Positions 12,861-25,804 are shown, numbered from the stretch's first letter. The stretch: 64,000 bases of DNA from Octopus sinensis (GCF_006345805.1 NC_043018.1:10850001-10914000); one strand, 5' to 3'. Notes: generated by a model from the sequence alone, not told the origin. A program made the numbers and translations.

Positions 12861-13419
12861 GATGCAATACCGGGAACTGGTTCTCATCGCTTCTGATCTT
12901 AACTGATTGGAAGTGTTATCATGTACATTGTTTTGTCTTGGTATAAAAAGATGGGCGACAGCAAATATTCTGCTCAATACCACAGATTTGCTTGTCAGTT
13001 GTTTGACCATAACAAGTTGAGCATGTCCCTTAGTGGCTGACGATATGTGCATCTCTGATCACGAGCAGAAGTAGTGGGGGAGTATCATAGCCATGTGTTA
13101 AGAGGGATTCTTTGGGGTTTGGATAATTCACCCTCGGAAACATGGGTGTTTTATTCACCATCCTTAAACAGCCCTTATTCAGAGACCTTGTGAGCAGGAT
13201 GGGCTACTCGACCTGAAGAAAATTCTAACCGGGCCCCACCTGCAAGGTCATGCACTGTTTTTCTTGATATGAGGTTACAATGTTGTGCACATATGTTTGT
13301 GAGTTTGTGATGCATGTGTCTGGTGTACTCTTATCAGACGGGTAGTCATGATGGATATACCGGGCTTTGTATATTTGTACCCCAGTGTCACTTTGATGGC
13401 ATGCACTGTTCTCTCACTC

Positions 13420-13465
<46 letters not shown>
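12861..13465 (+). mobile_element. Probable non-LTR element 3'UTR fragment with (AAT)n tail
   Basis: About 600 bp of complex sequence that starts at the truncated 5' end of a minus-strand SINE-B and ends in a clean (AAT)n run. Only one copy is in the window, so the classification is tentative. Confidence 0.4.
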
Positions 13466-13466
<1 letters not shown>

Positions 13467-14208
13467 GAAGAAGAAGAAGAAGAAGAAGAAGGAGAGCAAC
13501 AATAAGCATTAATGAGCTAACTTTTACAGCTCAGTATTGAAAATGAATTTTATTTAAATAAAGATGTAATATCTAATATTCCATTAGTCCGTTTTTACAC
13601 TCCATTTACCCTCCTCCCATCGTTCCTTTACTCTCCCTTTCTCTCTTCATACTCTGTTAATATGCTCTCCTTATCCCCTCTCCCTTTCTCTCTTCATACT
13701 CTCCCGTCTTTGGACCTACTCCTCCTCCTCCTCCTCCCCATCCTCAACCCACACTCCTGGATCTCCTCTTCCTTCCATCAAACAATTTCACTCTCATCCA
13801 ATCTACTCTTTTTGTTCCTAACATCCTCTCATTTCTCTCTCTCTCTCCCTTTCTCCCTCTCCCCCTTACTCTCCTCATACTATTTTCCTCCCCTTACCTT
13901 CTGCCTCTCCCCTCTTGTATGCTCTCCCGCTTCCCGCCTCTGTTCCTCCATCTTTCACTATATTTTCATCTCCTCCCTCTCTACCTCCTCTACTCTTCCT
14001 TTCCCTTTTCAGAAACTATTGTTCCTCTTGTCCTACACCTTCTCCTTCTTCCTCTCCATCACCTTTGTCTCACTCTCCTTCACTCCTTGAACTCCCCCCC
14101 CCACTCACCTTTCTCAGACAAAAGCCACAATCATTGGCCGCCTGCTGCCAGCTGAATTCAGAAGCTGACCTACAGAAGAAACGAGAAAAACAAACTTGTG
14201 TCACATTA

Positions 14209-14852
14209 GGCGCAGGGGTGGCTGTGTGGTAAGTAGCTTGCTTACCAACCACACGGTTCCGGGTTCAGTCCCACTGCGTGGCGCCTTGGGCAAGTGTCTT
14301 CTACTATAGCCTCGGGCCAACCAAAGCCTTGTGAGTGGATTTGGTAGATGGAAACTGAAAGAAGCCCGTCGTATATATATATTGTTTTTGTTTTTTTTTT
14401 GTTTTTTCCAGTTTCAGCTCTTGAGCTGTGGCCATGCTGGGGCACCGCCATTGTGGTGAAAGAGTACAGCAGGGATCACCACCCCCTGCCGGAGCCTCGT
14501 AGAGCTTTTAGGTGTTTTCGCTCAATAAACACACACAACGCCCAGTCTGAGAATCGAAACCGCGATCCTGCGACCGCGAGTCCGCTGCCCTAACCACTAG
14601 GCCATTGCGCCTCTACATATATGTATGTGTGTTTGTGTGTCTGTGTTTGTCCCCCTAGCATTGCTTGACAACCGATGCTGGTGTGATTATGTCCCCGTCA
14701 CTTAGCGGTTCGGCAAAAAGAGACCGATAGAATAAGTACTGGGCTTACAGAAGAATAAGTCCCGGGGTCGAGTTGCTCGATTAAAGGCGGTGCTCCAGCA
14801 TGGCCGCAGTCGAAATGACTGAAACAAGTAAAAGAAAAGAAAGAAAGAAAGA
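14209..14852 (+). mobile_element. SINE-A with a nested minus-strand SINE-C in its internal microsatellite
   Basis: A head at 14209-14380, insert at about 14400-14615, A tail at 14620-14852. Confidence 0.9.
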
Positions 14853-14857
14853 ATTAC

Positions 14858-15600
14858 TGTCTGTCACAAACCTGTGACTGTTGCTTGTCTGTTACAAACC
14901 TGTGTCACAACCACAGCCGCTGGTTTGTCACAAACCTTCGTCATTCAGTCTATGGTGTGTTGTAAACCTCTATTACAAAGTTTTGTCACTCAGTCTATAG
15001 TTTGTTACAAACCTGGGATCTTTTCGGTTTGAACGGCAGTTTTTTTCTAGCGGTGTCATATGAAATTGTCACCCATAATTATGACCCTAGTATCGATCTA
15101 TTGCATTTCAATCTGTTTTACGGTTAGGTTTAGTTAGGGTTAGGGGTAGGATTAAGGTTAAGTGTGGGGGGAAGGGTATCCTTTTTTCTTCACAAATGTA
15201 AATGAACCCAATCTGTTTCTTAAACGAGGGACATATTCATACGGCACAGAATGTTTTTTTACCTCAATGGACGTCACTGATTGGTTGAAATTGAAGAAAA
15301 AAACAACAAATATCTTACAAACTATAGAATTTTCTCAATAAAGCCAAGAGAAAAAGATGTTTTATAAACACATTCTACCAGTATACGAAGTTTAAAATTT
15401 TCTAGTTACCTAGAAATTATGTTAAAAACTGCCGTTCAAACCGAAAAGATCCCAAACTTGTGTTACAAGGTCATCAATCTGTCGCAGACTTATGCCACTC
15501 AAACTTCCATTTTTGATCTCCTCATACCTACGTCACTAAGTCTTCGATTTGCTAATACCTATGTCATTTAGCCTTCGATTTGTCACAAACCCGCTTCACG
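14858..15600 (+). repeat. Degenerate minisatellite built on TGT(C/T)ACAAACC, interrupted by M1 copy 3
   Basis: The motif recurs at least six times on both sides of the MITE. Confidence 0.65.
15016..15452 (-). mobile_element. Merlin-like MITE M1, copy 3
   Basis: Both TIRs present; 8-bp TSD CAAACCTG/CAAACTTG. Confidence 0.9.
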
Positions 15601-15778
15601 TAAATTTCGACCGGCCACGCATACACCATGCAGTTTTCCATTGTGGCCCCACTGTGACTATTAACCTGAACAATTATATAATGTTTCGAAATAATTTATG
15701 CAGTGACGATAATACAAAATTATGCGCAATGATTAATATAATAGAGACAGAATACAGACAGGGGGAGGGTAGGAAAGA

Positions 15779-16181
15779 TTTTTTTACTTGTTTCAGTCAT
15801 GTGACTGAGGCCATGCTGGAACACCGCCTTTAGTCGATCAAGTCGACCCCAGGACTTATTCTTTGTAAGCCTAGTACTTATTTTATCGGTCTCTTTTTTG
15901 CTGAACCGCTAAGTTACAGGGACGTAAACACACCAGCATCAGTTGTTAAGCGATGTTGGGGGGGGGGGACAAACACAGACACACAAACATGCACATACAT
16001 ATATATATGCATATATACGACAGGCTTCTTTCAGTTTCCGTCTACCAAATCCACTCACAAGGCTTTGGTCGGCCCGAGGCTATAATAGAAGACATTTGCC
16101 CAAGGTGCCACATAGTGGGACTGAACCCGTAACCATATGGTTCGTAAGCAAGCTACTTACTTACCACACAGCCACTCCTGT
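15779..16181 (-). mobile_element. SINE-A, full length
   Basis: Colinear with the other A copies. Confidence 0.9.
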
Positions 16182-16698
16182 GTACCAGTGAGGCACAAGA
16201 GCTATAACTAAAAAGATTCACCAGTCTGCCTCGGGGGCCCGAAAGAAGAAAAAAATGAAAAATGCGTTACCCCGGAGGATGACGCGGGAGATTCGCTGAG
16301 ACAACCATACCGACTCACGGTCCTCGCACGCCCCGATAGCAGTGAGCAGAGATATACTCCGGAAGTCAAGAATGCCGGAGGTCTCCACTAGCACAAGCTC
16401 GATCACCGGTAAGCAAGGGAGTTAACTCCGTTCATATTTGGATGTTATCAGACCTCATCGAGGAAACAAACTTGTTTCTATATAACAGTATTATACATCG
16501 GTCCGTCTGAAATATTTACAGACTTTAATGAATGAGATTAATACTCAAAATGAAGTTTAGACATATTTTGAGGTGACTGGAGGGAAATAAACACTTTGTG
16601 GTCGATGTTTTGTATGTATTGAGCTTAACATTCATATGGTATGTAGCGTACGCGCATAAACACACCAATTATTCATATTCACACAAGTCAGCGTACGC

Positions 16699-16729
<31 letters not shown>

Positions 16730-17431
16730 CATTAGCCATTACATGTACACATATCCAGCCACCACAATCATGCACTCACACACACACACAAGCCAGTACA
16801 CGCACACACATCCGTCACCACACGCAAGCACACACACACACACGCGCGCGCGCGCCAGCCTTATACACAGCACTCACAAGCCATTATAACAGCTATCATA
16901 CACGCATACATAGATACAGAGATCGGTTGTCATACATACGAACACATATACACACATATCAGTCATGAAACACACACAGATACACACATAGGCCATCGCA
17001 TGCAGTCGCACACACATATACATGTTGCTAGGAACAAGCAGACTTGCCTGTACGTAGTTGCTTCAGCTGCTAGAAATGACAACCAAAGCTCCCTCAACGC
17101 AGTCCGTACTATCTTTCAAAAGAGCCATACAACAATGGCTGTCGTTTATGAGTCAGTATCATGCACCATGTTTTTGCTAATCATCTTAGGTGCCTATGTA
17201 GTCGCGAGCAGATATAGGTCCCTACAGCATTGGCCCTTCCACCCTTGACCATGCAGAACATCGAAGACATGACAGATGGAAGGAAAAAGGGAACGTGGGT
17301 GGATTTGGTTTATAGGGACGGACAGAGGCCCGTCGTATAGAGTCATGAAAGGGCACAGGCCGTTGGATTTTGAATGATTTTGAACGGTATGATTCAAGTA
17401 TACACCTGATGAAAACGGTTTTTTCTATTGA

Positions 17432-17775
17432 TGTAATATAGGATCCTGGTTTCGAATCCCAGACCGGGCGTTGTGAGTGTTTATTGAGTGAAAACACCTT
17501 CAGCTCCACGAGGCTCCGGCAGGGGATGGTGGCGAACCCCTGTTCTACTCTTTCGCCACAACTTTCTCTCACTCTTACTTCCTGCTTCTGTTGTGCCTGT
17601 AATTCAAAGGGCCAGTCTTGTCACACTCTGTGTCACGCTGAATATCCCCGAGAACTACGTTAAGGGTACACATGTCTGTGGAGTGCTCAGCCACTTACAC
17701 GTTAATTTCACGAGCAGGCTGTTCCGTTGATTGGTTCAACTGGAACCCTCGTCGTCGTAAGCGAAGGAGTACCAA
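17432..17775 (+). mobile_element. SINE-C, tail type b
   Basis: C body followed by the AAAGGGCCAG-CTTGTCACA...GAACTACGTTAAGGGT...CTCGTCGTCGTAA tail. Confidence 0.85.
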
Positions 17776-18619
17776 TAAATAAATATATATATATATATAT
17801 GTCGTATATATGTATATATATATATATATGTGTGTGTTTGTGTGTCTGTGTTTGTCCCCCTAGCATTGCTTGACAACCGATGCTGGTGTGTTTACGTCCC
17901 CGTCACTTAGCAGTTCGGCAAAAGAGACCGATAGAATAAGTACTGGGCTTGCAAAATATAAGTCCCGGGGTCGATTTGCTCGACTAAAGGCGGTGCTCCA
18001 GCATGGCAGCAGTCAAATGATTGAAACAAGTGAAAGAGAATAAAATATATATATATATATTCGTAACTTAGTGCTGTGGTCGATTTATTCGACTAAAACC
18101 CTTCAAGGCAACGCCTCGGCATGGCCGCAGTCCCATGACTGAAAGAAGTAAAAAAAAAAATCAAAGATAAGCCTATACTACCCAATGTGTGGTACACATA
18201 TTTTAAAGACAATCTTGACGTCAACCCGACAATTTAACTGGTATTCATTCTGACTGATCTTTACGGAAGAGATTAGAGGAGGAGACCACATCAACATAAA
18301 TTCATATTAAATACTGTAAGGTATCTAGTTGGGTGCCTTACAAATCCTGCTGTCAAATCAAAGAGAGAGACATCGCATGGTGGATAGATCTGCAGAGAAA
18401 TGTCTTGAAATCAATCAATAGTGTCTGGGAAGGGAAGAGCATGTTGGGGGATATTAGTGTTGAAATGACGGAATGGTCACAGCTAGATGGTTTTGAGCGT
18501 CTAGGATTGATCTAAGATTGATCAGGATAGATCAGGTATCGTCTGCAACAAGCAGCTTGAGAATTTACTGGAAAATGGAGTTATATGAGTGTTGTAGGCC
18601 ACTAAAGTGGAAAGGTAGC

Positions 18620-20040
18620 GAGAAAAGAGAGTAATGTGCAGGGGAGAGAAAGGAAGACGAAGAAGAGGGAGAGGAGGTAGATAGGCAGATATAAACAGAG
18701 ACAGTGAGGGAGAAAGAAAAGGGAAGGAGAAAGTGGAGGGAGAGGAGAGAGAGCCGTAGGGATGAGAAAGGAAGACAGAGGACAGAGTTGAAGGAAGAGA
18801 GAGAGAGGAAGAAGGTGAAGAAAGGAGAGAGAACGGATAAAGGAGAGACAGAGGTAGGCAGAAAGATGGTGAGAGAGGAGAAAGGGATGAAGAAGAGAGA
18901 AAAAGAAAAGAGAAGGTGAGAGAAAAGATGAAGGTGAAGGGTGCAAGAGAGTAGAAAGATTGCTTGAAGAGAAAAAGGAAGGGAAAGAGAAACCAGAGAG
19001 AAGGGGCGTAGAAAGAGAGAAGGATAGAGAGAAAAGAGGAAGCAGAGGGACAGAAAAGAAAAGAGGAAAGAAAAAGAGAGTGAGGGGGAGGCAGAGAGAG
19101 GACGCGAAAGAAGCAGAGTCAGAGACGGAGAGAGAGGAATCAGAAACAGAAAAAAAGTAACCAAAGAGAGAGAGAGAGAAGAAATAGAAAGAGAGGAGAG
19201 AAAGAGGTAATAGGAATGTAGAGAGGAAATTTGTTGGGAAAAAAAGCAAAATGGAGGTGGAGTGAGTTTGGGTAGAGAGGAAGGGAGGAATAGGGACCTT
19301 CCTCCCTCCACTCTCTAGATACATAAGGAGACGGAGGTGAGGTAGTGACAGGAAGGGGAGGTAATATGATTGTAAAAGGGGTAATCGTGGTGGTGGTGGT
19401 GGTGGGCGCTAATGATGGTAAAAAGAAAAGAGGAAAGAGAAAAAGAAGGAAAAGAAGATGAAAAGAGGTGTGGTAGGGTGTAAGGAAGAGGGAGACGAAC
19501 GGTTAGTTACATACTTACACTCACATATACATGTACACGCATGTATATGTGAGTGTAAGTCAAACGCATACGCATACACAAACACATGCACACACACACA
19601 CAAAGATACACACAGACTAAACATATTACACTCAGATGTACACACTGGCACATACACATAACACACACACTCATAGTCCACTTTTGCACATATACATACA
19701 CGCACACACACACACACAATGATACAGAATCCACTTTCACTCTGACACCATATACATTCGCGTGCGCACACACATACACACACACTCGCTCTCTCTCTCT
19801 CTCTCTCCCTACCTCTCTATCTCTTTCTCCAAGACACACACACACACAAACTGCATATACACACATACACACATCCAGATGCATACTCACAGACGACACT
19901 TATACAAGCAGGCACACACACACACATACACCGACTACACACACACACATACACCGACTACACACACACACATACACCGACTACACACACATACACCGAC
20001 TACACACACATACACCGACTACACACACACACACACACAC
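18620..20040. repeat. GA-rich low-complexity tract 18620-19340, CA-rich tract, and (CACACATACACCGACTA)-type minisatellite 19920-20030
   Basis: ACATACACCGACTACACA recurs five times. Confidence 0.9.
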
Positions 20041-20552
20041 ACCACAAAGATAAGGAACGAGTAGTGATTATAATACAGAGAGGGACGAGAACACGTGACT
20101 ACTGGCCCCAGTGACGTCGTATATCACTGTTTTTCCTTTTTTTGTCTCCCCTAATCTATTATACTTAATTATATTACAGAATGTAGTCTTGCATCCAGGG
20201 GGACAAGGGAGGTAAACAAGGGAGCAGGGAATACGGTTTACGGGGGGAACAAATGGCGGGCAGCGAAAAGATTCAGTAATTGTTTTGTATTAATTGTTTA
20301 AATAATAACAACAGTCGCGTCCTTGACCAGTTTTAGAGCTTCCATGACTGGGCCGTATGCTGTTTTATACTTTTACCTTTAACTGGTTTCAGTCATTGGA
20401 CTGCAGCCATGCTGGGACGAACAAATTGATCCATCTACATGTTTTCTTATATACCGGAGTAAACACATAAATGTGAAACAAGGTGGAAAAAAGAGTACTC
20501 AAATACCAGTGGTAGAGTAAGATGCTTTATTTAAAACAGCAGAAAATTCAAC

Positions 20553-20598
20553 AAAACCTGTTACTCTGAGTTTCACGTTCCCGTTCGTCGGACATTTT
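20553..20598 (-). ncRNA. Minimal type I hammerhead ribozyme motif, U4C core variant (mirror copy)
   Basis: Minus strand reads AAAA-TGT-CCGACGA-ACG-GGAA-CGT-GAAA-CTC-A-GAG-TA-ACA-GG-TTTT. Confidence 0.7.
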
Positions 20599-20604
20599 CT
20601 AGCA

Positions 20605-20651
20605 AAAACTGTCCGACGAACGGGAACGTGAAACTCAGAGTAACAGGTTTT
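20605..20651 (+). ncRNA. Minimal type I hammerhead ribozyme motif, U4C core variant
   Basis: AAAA-CTGT / CCGACGA / ACG-GGAA-CGT / GAAA / CTC-A-GAG / TA / ACAG-G-TTTT. Stem I CTGT:ACAG, stem II closed by a GNRA tetraloop, stem III ACTC-A-GAGT, predicted cut after 20642. Confidence 0.75.
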
Positions 20652-22239
20652 GAATTTTCTGCTGCTTTAAATAAAGCAGTGTTTTCTTATATATATATAT
20701 GAAACAAACACAAGTGTTTATTTTTTATGCCAACGTCACACTGATCTAGGGTGGGTGGGATCTGTGGTCATAAATTGGGTTTCGAACTTGCATATCTACA
20801 GTATCCTGCCGACACTTTGTCTTCTGGGGTCTATGCTATCGTACCTAGCCATTTGTGGTGTCTTACAAGTTCATGTGCTTTAATTCTTGATTCCTAAGAA
20901 TTCTCATAACAAAATTATATATATATATTAATCGAAGTGAACAATATTATATATCAATTACTGCAGATCCGTTTCGCACCAGGAGTTCAACAGAGTATTA
21001 GGTAACAATCCGATTATGAAACCCTACGCTCTTCAGAGATGGTGACTGACATATTTCTACTGACAAATTTTTTATGATTTAGACGGCTATATATATATAT
21101 ATATAATCTGTTAGCCGTTAATTAACGAAGTTAACATTTTCGTTAACGATTTAACTTTTAAGTTTACTTTGAAAATCATTATCGGACTAATCAACTTCCG
21201 TTGCATTTAGCTTCTGTTAACTCAAATCCCTTAATCCCAAAATTTCATAAAAACCAGTAAGCGATTAAAAGTTTCTATTGTTTTCAGATTGTTTTAGCAT
21301 TTTTCATATGGTACGCGTCATTCTTTCAACCCCATTATAACACCATTTATTATTATGAATAGATTGTATGACCGCGTTTGGCCCTGCCTGGACTTGAAAC
21401 CAAATCCACCCGCTTGTTGCTTGCAAAGATAGCAAGAAATTTCTTTGTCCTGTTGAGAGGGAACAGTGATTGATGTGTTTCCTCTTGATCTGTGACCTCA
21501 CTGAGGTGAATGTCAACAGAGAAAAGTGGAAAAATAAATGGAAGGAAAAAATGTTGGTAAATATTTTGGTGTGAACGCAAATAGCTGTTACATGGTAGCA
21601 AGGCATGCTAGAAATATCCAAATCTTTCCTCTTCTGGAAAAGGAGCTGTTTATGTGTGATTTCAATGTCACATTCGTTAAAAGAATACAAAATAACCTGG
21701 AAAAGAAAAAAAGACCTTCGAAACAAAACTCCCCTGGTGGGAAATTTCGAGGTCCCCCCTCTCACCTTTCTTTTCCGAAAAGAAGTGGTTTACAGCGGGA
21801 TTGTAGACAGTATGTTGAATGCACCTGAAAAAACTATGGAAAAAAATTACTCCACACCGATGTACGAAATATTTACCGAAAGAATAAAATCAGTACCTAT
21901 TAAACTTGTATTTTAATTAATTCAAATTAATGCTTCTCTTTGTGAAAAGTGGTAAAATTTTTGTCACTGTGCTATCTGGGATAATTTTAATAACAAATCA
22001 AATAGGTAAGATGCATTAAGAATTTCAGATTTAGTGTTTATCCATAATGCTATTGCTTTTTATACCTGTTAAATTTACCTGCCCATAAAAGTCAAACTTT
22101 CTCACCCAAATCAGCTAAAATTACATAACTATAAACTAGGGGTAAATAAAGCACCCACTGACAAAATTTCAAATCAGTATGTAAAAAAATTATAAAGTCA
22201 CAAGCAAATATTGTGGACAACCCTCTTGAACCTGGATAA

Positions 22240-23182
22240 TTCAAAATAACGTGATTAAACATTACATTTGACAGATTAATATGAGCACTAAAGATGTTTG
22301 AAAGGTATTTGTATAAAATTTCATTAAAAAATTCCTATTTTCCAGAAAGTTATTTGAAGGAAAATGTCAGATTAACATTAATTGCTTGGTTGTTGTCCAA
22401 CAGTTCATAATGGATTACTCCTTTAATATCCCACCATACACTACATGATGATCTTCTTTGGATAAAGTCCTCTCGGTTGGTGAACTGGCCATCCTCCTCG
22501 ACTGATCCAAGAACTGCGGCGTTTAACATTATGATAAAGAATCTACTTCTCATTGCCTGTAACAAGACTGTCTAAAAATACTGCTTAAAAGTGTCGCAAA
22601 AGCAATGATTGATAACAAGCAGTACGCTGTCATCGATTCTCTGGAGACAGCTCATGGGGGATCCATTTTCCAGGCACTGAAACCTTTCCAATGTGCTTTA
22701 GCTGGTGTACCATGGTTGTATGGGCCACTTTTAACTGTTCTGCAAGTTCCCTAGTAATAACAGTAGGGTTCTCTGAAACAAGAGATTCCAACATTTCAGA
22801 ATCAAGTTTTTTTGGCTGACCCTCTTTTGGTTCTTCTTTCAAAATGAAGTCCCCACTTCGGAAATGGGAAAATCACCTCCTGCAACTGCTTTCATTCACT
22901 ACATCATCCCCATAACTGCTCTGAATAGATCTTGCTGCCGCACTTGCATTAGCACCTTTATGAAACTCGTAGAGTAAACCATTTCTTATGTGATCTTTAG
23001 ATGGAACAAACATGGTAGTAAAATTCTCTGAGAATTATGGCCAGAAATTAGATAATCTGAAAGAAAATAGTACAAATTAGACATAGAGATATCTTAAAAC
23101 TATAAGAAGAGATTAAAAATTTGATAAATTTGCCCTGAAACATTTTTTCTAGAAATCAGACATTACTTTTGCACCAACATGA
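22240..23182 (-). mobile_element. Decayed mariner element (one TIR retained, internally deleted)
   Basis: The 23153-23182 end reads TCATGTTGGTGCAAAAGTAATGTCTGATTT on the minus strand, similar to Hsmar1-type TIRs, next to TA. Confidence 0.8.
22350..23013 (-). pseudogene. Mariner transposase pseudogene fragments
   Basis: MFVPSKDHIRNGLLYEFHKGANASAAARSIQ...CRR*FSHFRSGDF..., ...TRELAEQL...GKWIPHEL (WVPHEL-like) and SVWWDIKGVIHYELL. Contains a stop, frameshifts and a deletion; the catalytic D,D34D region is incomplete. Confidence 0.9.
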
Positions 23183-23202
23183 TAGAATATATATGTATAT
23201 AT

Positions 23203-23413
23203 ATCCGACCGTGGCCGTTTGCCAGCCTCGTCTAGCACCTGTGCCGGTGGCACGTAAAAAGCACCCACTAGACTCATGGAGTGGTTGGCGTTAGGAAGGG
23301 CATCCAGCCGTAGAAACATTGCCAGATCAGACTGGGCCTGGTGCAGCCTTCTGGCTTCCCAGACCCCAGTTGCACCGTCCAACCCATGCTAGCATGGAAA
23401 GCGGACGCTAAAC

Positions 23414-23444
<31 letters not shown>

Positions 23445-23473
23445 TTGATGATGATGATGATGATGATGATGAA
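23203..23473 (+). mobile_element. SINE-like family D with (GAT)n tail, one 5' unit
   Basis: GGAGTGGTTGGCGTTAGGAAGGGCATCCAGCCGTAGAAAC...CATGCTAGCATGGAAAGCGGACG-TAAA-(GAT)n. The central block resembles the Meta-SINE domain as I recall it. Confidence 0.8.
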
Positions 23474-25443
23474 GATATATATATGTATATATATATGTAT
23501 AATATATATATGTATAATATATATATATAATATATATATGTATATATATATATGTATGTATATATATATATATATATATAAAAATATATATATATATATA
23601 TATATATATAACTGAGAGTGTGTGTCTGTCTGTCTGCCTGAATCATTAAAACCTGAGAACTACACAACCAATTTCATTCAAATTTTACACATGCCTTACT
23701 TAGGGTCTATGTAGTGTCATAGGCCAAAAAATTTTTAACTTCTTTCTTGCCTAGGGCGAGCCCACAGCAACCTCTTATCTTCTCTACTATTTCAGTATTA
23801 TGTGTCAAAAATAAAACAAAAACATCTTCCTATTGAAACTATTAAAGTGAAACTATTATATAACAGCAATGAACTGTAACTGGACATCTATTATGCTAGA
23901 AGAAGATTTGCTATGGTCTTATATGCTACACCACTGCTTTTAAATTCATATTAATCAATTAATATTTAATTTTTCACCCTTATTATTTTAAATTTAAAGT
24001 TACATGTATATATATATATAGATGTATATGTATTGATGTATATATATACATACATACATGTATATATATGGATGTATATGTATAGATGCATTTCTATAGA
24101 TATAGATGTATAAGTATACATGTATGTGTAGATATATATATAGATGTACATGTAATATGTACACATATATATATGCATACATATATACACCAATACACAC
24201 ATACACACATACCCCCCCCCAAACACACATACATAGTTGCAGGTGTGGCTGTGTGTTAATAAACGTTCCAAAACACATGGTCCTCAGTTCAGTCCCACTG
24301 TGTGGTAACTTGGCATGTGTCTTCTGCTATAGTCTCAGACCAACCAAAGCCTTGTCAGTGGATTTTGTAGACAGAAACTGAAAGAAATCAATTGTATATA
24401 TATGTATGTATATATGTAAGTCTCTGTGTGTGTCTTTATGTTTGGACTTAACACCTACAATTTGGTCATTTTATCTAAGCAAAGATGAATACAGTTGTGC
24501 TCTTGGAAGCTGTTAGGTCATCCGAGCATAAAAGATGAGCATTATTTGTAATTCAATGGTACAACAGTGTAAGAGTTAGCTTTGATATACACTTACATTG
24601 TGATTTCTGCAATGTGGTGCATAAATTGTCAAGTAAATGAGAGGCATCTTTGCCTCCACTGATTCAGTTGCAAAGTGTTGAGTAAAGTTATTTTATTGCA
24701 GATCTCCTTTCAGTCTTTTTATTATCACTGGGTCACACATAGTCCCCAGATGGTAATATTGATTTCAAGGCCTTCCATGATGACTGACTGGTTATTCAAA
24801 GACATTTATAGATTGTAAATTTATTCTGTCCAGTTACATATCAGTATAGTGGTCATTTGCAAACTCCAGAGGTGACACTTTCATTTCTCCTTAGCCCTCA
24901 CGTCACACCACACGGTTGTTAATGTTTATTTCAGTTGGGTCACGCCCTTCCAATTGCTATAGATTCGTAATGCATCTTACGGCTGTGCCTGTCACCTGGA
25001 TGGTGAGGAATCCTACATTGGGAGTGTTAACGACTAGGGTAGGGTAGCTGACTGCTTATTGTGATCATTCGTCTTTTGATTTCCTGTAGCTTTACTCTCT
25101 TTTACAAACCCAGTGAACATATATTTCCTATTTCAAACAAATTCAAACAATAGATATAGATGTATACGTATACATGTATGTGTAGATATATATATATAGA
25201 TGTACATGTAATATGTACACACATATATATACACATATATATACACATATATATATATGCATACATATATACATCAATACACACATATACACATACCCAC
25301 ACACACACACACATACATAGTTGCAGTTAAAAAGATTTTCAACAATTCAATTTTTATTAAAATTTACTTTCACTTTAGCATTCTGCCTTATAATTTTTCC
25401 TCTCTTATCATTTCTCCACGTGCGGTCAACCCCACCATTTACT

Positions 25444-25783
25444 CACGGCCAGCCTCATCTGGCACCTGTGTCGGTGGCACATAAAAACACCATCCGAGCG
25501 TGGCCGTCTGCCAGCCTCGTCTGGCACCTGTGTCGGTGGCACATAAAAAACACCATCCGAGCGTGGCCGTTTGCCAGCCTCGTCTGGCACCTGTGTCGGT
25601 GGCACATAAAATCACCCACTACACTCTCGGAGTGGTTGGCGTTAGGAAGGGCATCCAGCTGTAGAAACACTGCCAGATCTGACTGGACTGGTGCAGCTTT
25701 CGGGCTCCCCAGACCCCAGTTGAACCGTCCAACCCATGCTAGCATGGAAAGCGGACGTTAAATGATGATGATGATGATGATGA
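25444..25783 (+). mobile_element. SINE-like family D, three tandem 62-63-bp 5' units
   Basis: Units at 25448, 25510 and 25573, then the D body and (GAT)n. Confidence 0.85.
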
Positions 25784-25804
25784 TATATATATATATATAT
25801 ATTC

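Larger units (their letters stand above)
20454..20679. mobile_element. PLE-like non-autonomous inverted-repeat element (family P2) with 14-bp TSD
   Basis: Arms 20523-20594 and 20610-20678 are reverse complements, with an extra tail at 20454-20522. Flanked by the direct repeat TGTTTTCTTATATA (20440-20453 and 20680-20693). Each arm carries a hammerhead motif. Confidence 0.8.

Noticed and set aside
18330-18600. Minus-strand PDTID*FQDISLQIYPPCDVSLFDL, faintly like a PLE reverse transcriptase segment
   Set aside because: Similarity is too weak to support by eye and there are several stops; a profile HMM search would be needed.
21100-21850. ORFs 21304-21765 (-) and 21538-21916 (+) as genes, and GTTAAC-rich 21115-21170 as a transposon end
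   Set aside because: No recognisable motif, no second terminus or TSD found; left unassigned.
25444-25640. Regularly spaced ~62-bp repeats resembling a CRISPR array (also 29630-29860)
   Set aside because: Whole units are repeated with no unique spacers, there are no cas genes, and the context is eukaryotic and part of a SINE-like element.
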